Made by a program: the position numbers and the translations under genes
Shown: one piece after another, positions 58,111 to 64,000 of the stretch
Layout: each line of letters opens with the position of its first letter
Position numbering within the stretch: the stretch's first letter is position 1
Assembly: GCA_964016885.1 (NCBI GenBank)
Contig: OZ024755.1
Coordinates: 7,626,001-7,690,000, forward strand
DNA from: Eledone cirrhosa
Lineage: Eukaryota
DNA length: 64,000 bases
Reading direction: 5' to 3'
The notes under the pieces: generated by a model
What the model was told of the DNA's origin: nothing
Databases searched by the model: none
Seen by the model: only the letters and a program-made list of their open reading frames with translations

Positions 58111-60299
58111 TTTGTCTATATATTTATGAGTATATGCATCTTTGATCGTACGTGAATTCTCCTACATGCTGCTGTATGTCTATGTATTGAGCATGTTTTC
58201 CTGTTTGAACATTTGTAAGCGAGCAATTAGGCATGAAATATATCTTCATTGTGTAAGATAGATTCTCACATCATGAGAGCATCTATCAAATCTATCATCA
58301 TTCTGTTTGCATCATTCTTCTTCCTCTGTTCATATACGTTCTAAAGACGGCAATTGAAAAACTACATTTTAAACTCCAGCTATTTGGCACATTTGCTAAA
58401 TTGCTTTGACGCCATACAATAAACTCCTTTCAGCATTTTGTTTTCGCCCATAGTGGCCAAATCTCTATCGACATATTTGACAAGTAAATACATTATTTTG
58501 GCGAGAAGCCAGCCGTAAAGGGTAAAGTAAAGTTGCTGATGGCTTCTATTTCTCTATTGTAATTTTGCTTCTTTTAGCAAATTGTCCGAGAATATAATAA
58601 TGTATGTAACATTACGTATATTTAAACAGAGTAAAATTAAATGATGAATACCGTAGCCCTCTTCCGAGCCTCACGATATTCCTCCGTTACACAAGTCATT
58701 TATATTCATTGCCACTTGTTAATATACATTTTATGTATTCATTGTGTTTATTTTACGTATATATACACACAATTATATTCACTATTTGAATCTCATCGCT
58801 ATAAGTATATTTAACAAAAGAAACAATCTGCATCCATTACGAACGAAAGATTTCATGCGAAGAACTAATCACTATATCTTTCTCTATAAATCTCCTTATT
58901 GTAAGCAAGATTTATTTCAAATTCATCTACTAGAGAGAGAGTAAGTACTGCATTTATCTCTTGGAAGATCACTATCCAATCGTTTGTCTCAATATCGTTT
59001 ATGAATTATTTCTCGGAATTCTAAACACGAACATTACGGCGTTGAAATGTAGCTTGACTTCTATCTTTAAATACTTATCCCTTAGAAAAATATTCACACT
59101 CTTTAATTTAAGCTATAGCTTATTTTTCTATTTTGTAAAAATCTATCTCTCTATAGTCATGTGCTATAGAAATTTCGGTTATTTTAATTTAACTTGGTAG
59201 GATTTAGGGTAGAGGCAGTGCCCATGGCCTTCACAGATCCACCGTAACCCAAGCGATTGATGCCGTTCATATCTTCTTCCTTAGCCCCTTATCTCTCACT
59301 CATACTGATAAACTCTCTCTATCTTTCTTTATTTCTATTCTACCGCTTCCTCTCCCTTCTGTCTCTCTTCCTATCAACTATCTTAAAAGAGCCATGGTCG
59401 ATACCTCTCAATCACTCTTTGGCAAAAGAAAATAATGAAAGATTTGAGACCAAAACTAAAAGATAGCAAATAAATTAGAACTGGAACTGAACGTTTTGTC
59501 TCCCTAAGAATAGATGGGAGTATTTCAATAATCTACATTGTAAGCATGTCTAATACTCTTAGAGATTAAATTGAAAATCCGGATTAATATCTAATAAACA
59601 GCATTTCTCTTGTTCTTTAAAGACGATTTCTCTCTGAGTTGAAATACAGATTATATTCTGGATTACACGTGCGATTTTAGAAGTTTGCTGACAAACAGAA
59701 TTTAGACGTTTTAAATGCTAAAATCTAATTCTAATACTTGAACAAAAACCAACAAACCTCCCCCCATACAACAACAACAACAACAACTATTAAAAGACAT
59801 CTAAAGTATACAAGTAAATACGATTTAGTGTGTGTTTTCAGTAAGTGAGGGTGTTTTCCCTGTTTTCTGTTGATTCTTTCATTTAGAATGTCTTTGCATT
59901 ATTATTATTTTTATTATTACTCAAAGGTGTTTTGCAAGATTTTAATCTTTCATTGCAGGTATATATTCTTATAATCCGATAGTTTATTAACTTTATACTT
60001 TTTCAACTATTTCTCTCTTACGATAATTTTTTATTATTTTAAATCATGTATATTGTCGGTATTTTAACATAAAACATAAATCTTTTAGTTCTGATGGAGC
60101 AGTTCTTCAATAACTTGTCTGCAATTTTATTTATCACATACTTTCAGTATTAGGGGTTTGAAAATGCTTAAGTCGTTAAGCCTTCTGACGCCAAACCGCC
60201 CGAAATCGCTCATGGTCCTATGGTACGAAACTAGATTAAAGATCTTATATCTATCTTTCTATATATATATATATATATATATGGTGGCTGCCAACTCGT

Positions 60300-60890
60300 T
60301 TTCGAGTACGGCCACTACTTTATATCCATGTAGGAGAACTCCTACCGATGCGCTGAACGAGTGTCACTTTTTAGTCCAGCCAGCGACTTGAAAACTCTGG
60401 TACAAACACTACACTTGTGACAATTATTGACACATAGTGCTGGGCCCATGGTACCATGTGACGACAAGTGCAGAGAGATCTCCAGATATAAAGCAATGCC
60501 TGTGCCGTGAAGCTTTTATAGTGAGCAAAGGCACTGCACAAAGCCAGTCCCACTCTCTTAACCAAGATGATATTTACCAAAAAGAAGAACATGTCAACAT
60601 CATTGGATACCATCAGAGTTGCAGGTGTTATATCAGAGTTTTCCTTCTCCTAGAATTCTGCCTTGACAAAGGCTAAGGGGTCATCTCTCCCGGTGATTTT
60701 GGATGACCATTGACTCTTAAGAGCTCCTTTGCCCTTTGACGGGTTTTGTTTTTAGTCCTGCAGGATGTCCAAAGTCACCCTCCTCACCAAGAAACCTTGG
60801 CGGGGTTGCCAGTTTAGTCGCCAACAACCCGACCATGAGACAGGTTGTACTGGGATACATGTTACCAGTAGCATCAACTGGTGACCTGAC
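60300..60890 (-). mobile_element. RTE-clade LINE 5' UTR-like fragment
   Basis: Reverse complement contains ttagcctt..tcaaggcag..tctaggagaaggaaaactctg, which resembles (from memory) RTE/BovB-like 5' UTRs; GC-richer block bounded by microsatellites. Confidence 0.45.
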
Positions 60891-61413
60891 ATACATACAT
60901 ACATACATACATACATGATGGCTGCCCCATCGCTATCGAGTATGGTCATTGCACGAGGAGAAAAAAATAATAATAATAAATAAATAAAAAAAATAAAAAA
61001 AATATATATATATATACATATACACAGACACACATACATACACATATACACACACACACACATATACACGCTGTTAGTTGCTATCGTGTGTGTGTGTGTG
61101 TGTATAGATATGCTTATGTGTGTGCGTGTATGTGTATATGTATATGTATATTATTATTGTTGTTGTCGTTATTATTATTGTTGTTATTATTATTATTATT
61201 GTTATTAATGTATATATATATATATACATACACATATATATATACATACATATATATAAAACGAAAGGAGCTGTGTGGTTACTGTAAACAGAGTTTAAGA
61301 TGGTAGTATGAACGAGATAAGAGAAGAACAGAAATCCTTCATCAGCTGTAAACCGGGATCAAGATGTTTCGGCGCTTAATGCGATCAGCGGCGCGTCCAA
61401 GTAATGAATAAAC

Positions 61414-61490
<77 letters not shown>

Positions 61491-61689
61491 CAAATTTAGA
61501 CGGGAACAAAACAGAGAGGCAGACAAATAAAGGTTTATTAAGTTCACATATATAGGGTATATTCATAGGGTTGTGTTTTCTATAAGTTTTAACTCTCTCC
61601 CGACTATATGTAGAGATGTTTACGTTTTCGTATTTGGAGAGGTTCGGATATTCGGTTGGTAAATAATTACCTTTTCTGTATCATTTAAT

Positions 61690-61761
61690 GAATCTGAAGA
61701 ATTCAACACAGAAGAAAAAAATGGTACTTCGTTCTGAATTTGAAAGAAACGCTCGTAAATC
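61690..61761 (+). ncRNA. Hammerhead-like motif with extended stem II
   Basis: gaat-CTGAAGA-attca...tgaatt..-GAAA-cgctcg-TA-aatc. Confidence 0.5.
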
Positions 61762-61767
61762 TATTAA

Positions 61768-61959
61768 CTAATTGTTTCTACTTTTGGCACAAGGCCAGTA
61801 CTTACCCAGTGCATTACTGGTACTTTATTTTATCGACCCCGTAAGGATGAAAGGCAAAGTTAACCTCGGCGGGATTTGAACTCAGACCATAAAGGGCCGT
61901 AACTCTTTGCTGCAAAGCATGGCGTCCGACCCTCTACCGATACTGCCAATCCACCGCCC
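61768..61959 (-). mobile_element. SINE family A (short variant)
   Basis: TSD taaatctattaa at 61756-61767 and 61960-61971. Confidence 0.93.
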
Positions 61960-62010
61960 TAAATCTATTAAATAATGCAATTAAAATCTGATTGTTTTAT
62001 CCCTTATATG

Positions 62011-62079
<69 letters not shown>

Positions 62080-63454
62080 ATAAGCATGTATATGTATATA
62101 TAAAAATCTTCCGTCATAATATGATGTTAGAACCATTGTTAAGCTATGCTCCAAATACCGGATACATAATAAGAATTTTTCTTGGTTATTTCTAATTCTG
62201 CTGGAAACCATAGACAGTGTCTTTTATTGGAAATATGATAACGAATCCAAGTTTATATTTATAATTTATTATTAAGTATAAAATATGATGAAAACACTCA
62301 ATGATTCTGTATTATGAATTTTTATGTTTTGTAGCAAAGGATGTTAAGATGTGGTGTAAAATTTAAGTTGACCCAAATAAATTACAGTATGGAATGAATC
62401 TATGTGAACAGCAACTAGAATTACATGACGAAACTGCGAAGAGAGGTTACAGTGATGAGAATGAACAAACGAAAACAAGAAGTGAATTTCAATTGGATAT
62501 TAATGGTTTCCCAATTTTAATACGATGAGAGGCTGAAAGCCAAATTTGAAAATGGGGAGAATCTGTTATTATAAGATGCCAAGTGACATTGAATAAAGTA
62601 AGGATTGTTGCTGTCGAAGACAATCTGATATAAAAGGCAAGAAAAAAGGTCACCAAAACAGATTAGATAGAAGAAAATATAAATAGAAGAGTAAGACAGA
62701 AGGAGGAGAAAATTGAAAGAGAAAATAATATGAATGAGAAACAAGAGACGTGAGTGTTCTCCGTATTTCAGTTTTAATAATAATTCTCCTAACGAAATTT
62801 CCAGAAATAAAAATATTTTCAAGAAAAATACTAAAATAAATCGGATGAGATTGAATTGCAAATTCAATGTATGATATCTTATGAAATAATAACTGACTGA
62901 CAAAAATAGGAAACATCTGAAAATTGTTTGCATATCGAATATGACGACATTTTTATATCAATTTTCGTTATTTGTCAGTATTTATATATTCATGTCGTTC
63001 TTTATATATTTATGTCTATCTTTGTTTGTTACTGATGAATTATTTCTTGCGGTTTATTTCTCCCCTTTAATACACAACATTAACGTTACGTTTTCTTGGC
63101 ATACAAATCGAATTCGTTCGCAGTTTGTCAAATCCACTTAAATTCAATAAAATAAATGAGTTAATTTTAGAGAGAAGCAAAGATAGATGAGTTAGAAAGA
63201 AAAGAAATTAAAATATAACAGTCGAAAAATATATAATAAAAGATGGAAATATCAAGTCAAATGATAATAGAATAAATAAAAATACCTGAACCGATAATAT
63301 AATATAAAAAATACTATTAATGATACAAAAATCATAATAATAAGAATATTGGTAATAGTATAAGTGAAAATTGAATTTCTAAGAACGTGTAAAGTATTTA
63401 AGACAATAGGATTAAAGAAAAAATATTGATGAGAAATATTCTGCATAAATTAGA

Positions 63455-63480
63455 ATATGTATGTATGTGTGTATGTATGA

Positions 63481-63516
<36 letters not shown>

Positions 63517-63659
63517 GTACATTCGTTCATATATGTATATATACACACATACACACACATATATGTGTGTGTGTGTGAGCGCGTGTGTATCTATATCTAT
63601 GTACGAATGTATGTATATTAAAAATATGTATCCAAATGCATATACACATTTATATCCGC

Positions 63660-63750
<91 letters not shown>

Positions 63751-63760
63751 TGCGCGCGCG
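63455..63760. repeat. (TA)n/(TG)n compound array
   Basis: Direct reading. Confidence 0.95.
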
Positions 63761-64000
63761 TATTTTCGGAATTAATTCACTGGATGTCAAAAAGGGAGGG
63801 AAGGTTACAAGAAAGAAAAATATTTATGAGATAGAATAGCAAAATCTTAAGAAAATTCGTGATGTACGATTCTTTATAAACGGTAAAAAATAACAACAAC
63901 AACTACAACAACTTAAACCATAACAACAAAATAATAACAATAATAATATTATTAATAAAATCAACAACAGCAATAAGAAAAATTATATAAAACAGCTTTT

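Noticed and set aside
62340-62770. Purine-rich exon-like stretch (EQQLELHDETAKRG...) with a GTGAGT donor-like site
   Set aside because: Stop codons interrupt the frames and no protein family is recognisable

Overview
AT-rich eukaryotic non-coding DNA. By inference from the extreme (TA)n/(CA)n/(AGAT)n microsatellite load and the tRNA-derived SINE families, it is most likely a cephalopod (Octopus-like) intron or gene desert. I can support no host protein-coding exon; nearly all long ORFs in the track are translations of simple repeats. The window contains: (i) about 15 well-preserved copies of one tRNA-derived SINE (family A, long and internally deleted variants, many with 11-26 bp TSDs) plus older CORE-type SINEs; (ii) decayed RTE-clade LINE fragments (RT YADD motif, ORF2 C-terminus, 5' UTR); (iii) a few MITEs. 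The most notable signal is a dense set of short inserts lying in or beside (TA)n tracts that carry hammerhead-ribozyme (HHR) cores (CUGANGA-stem II-GAAA-short stem III-UH), typical of Penelope-like element termini or retrozymes. There are about 8 near-complete cores from several unrelated sequence families, plus long palindromes that appear folded back at HHR stem II, and inverted duplications centred on (TA)n tracts. All folds were paired by eye and none were computed.
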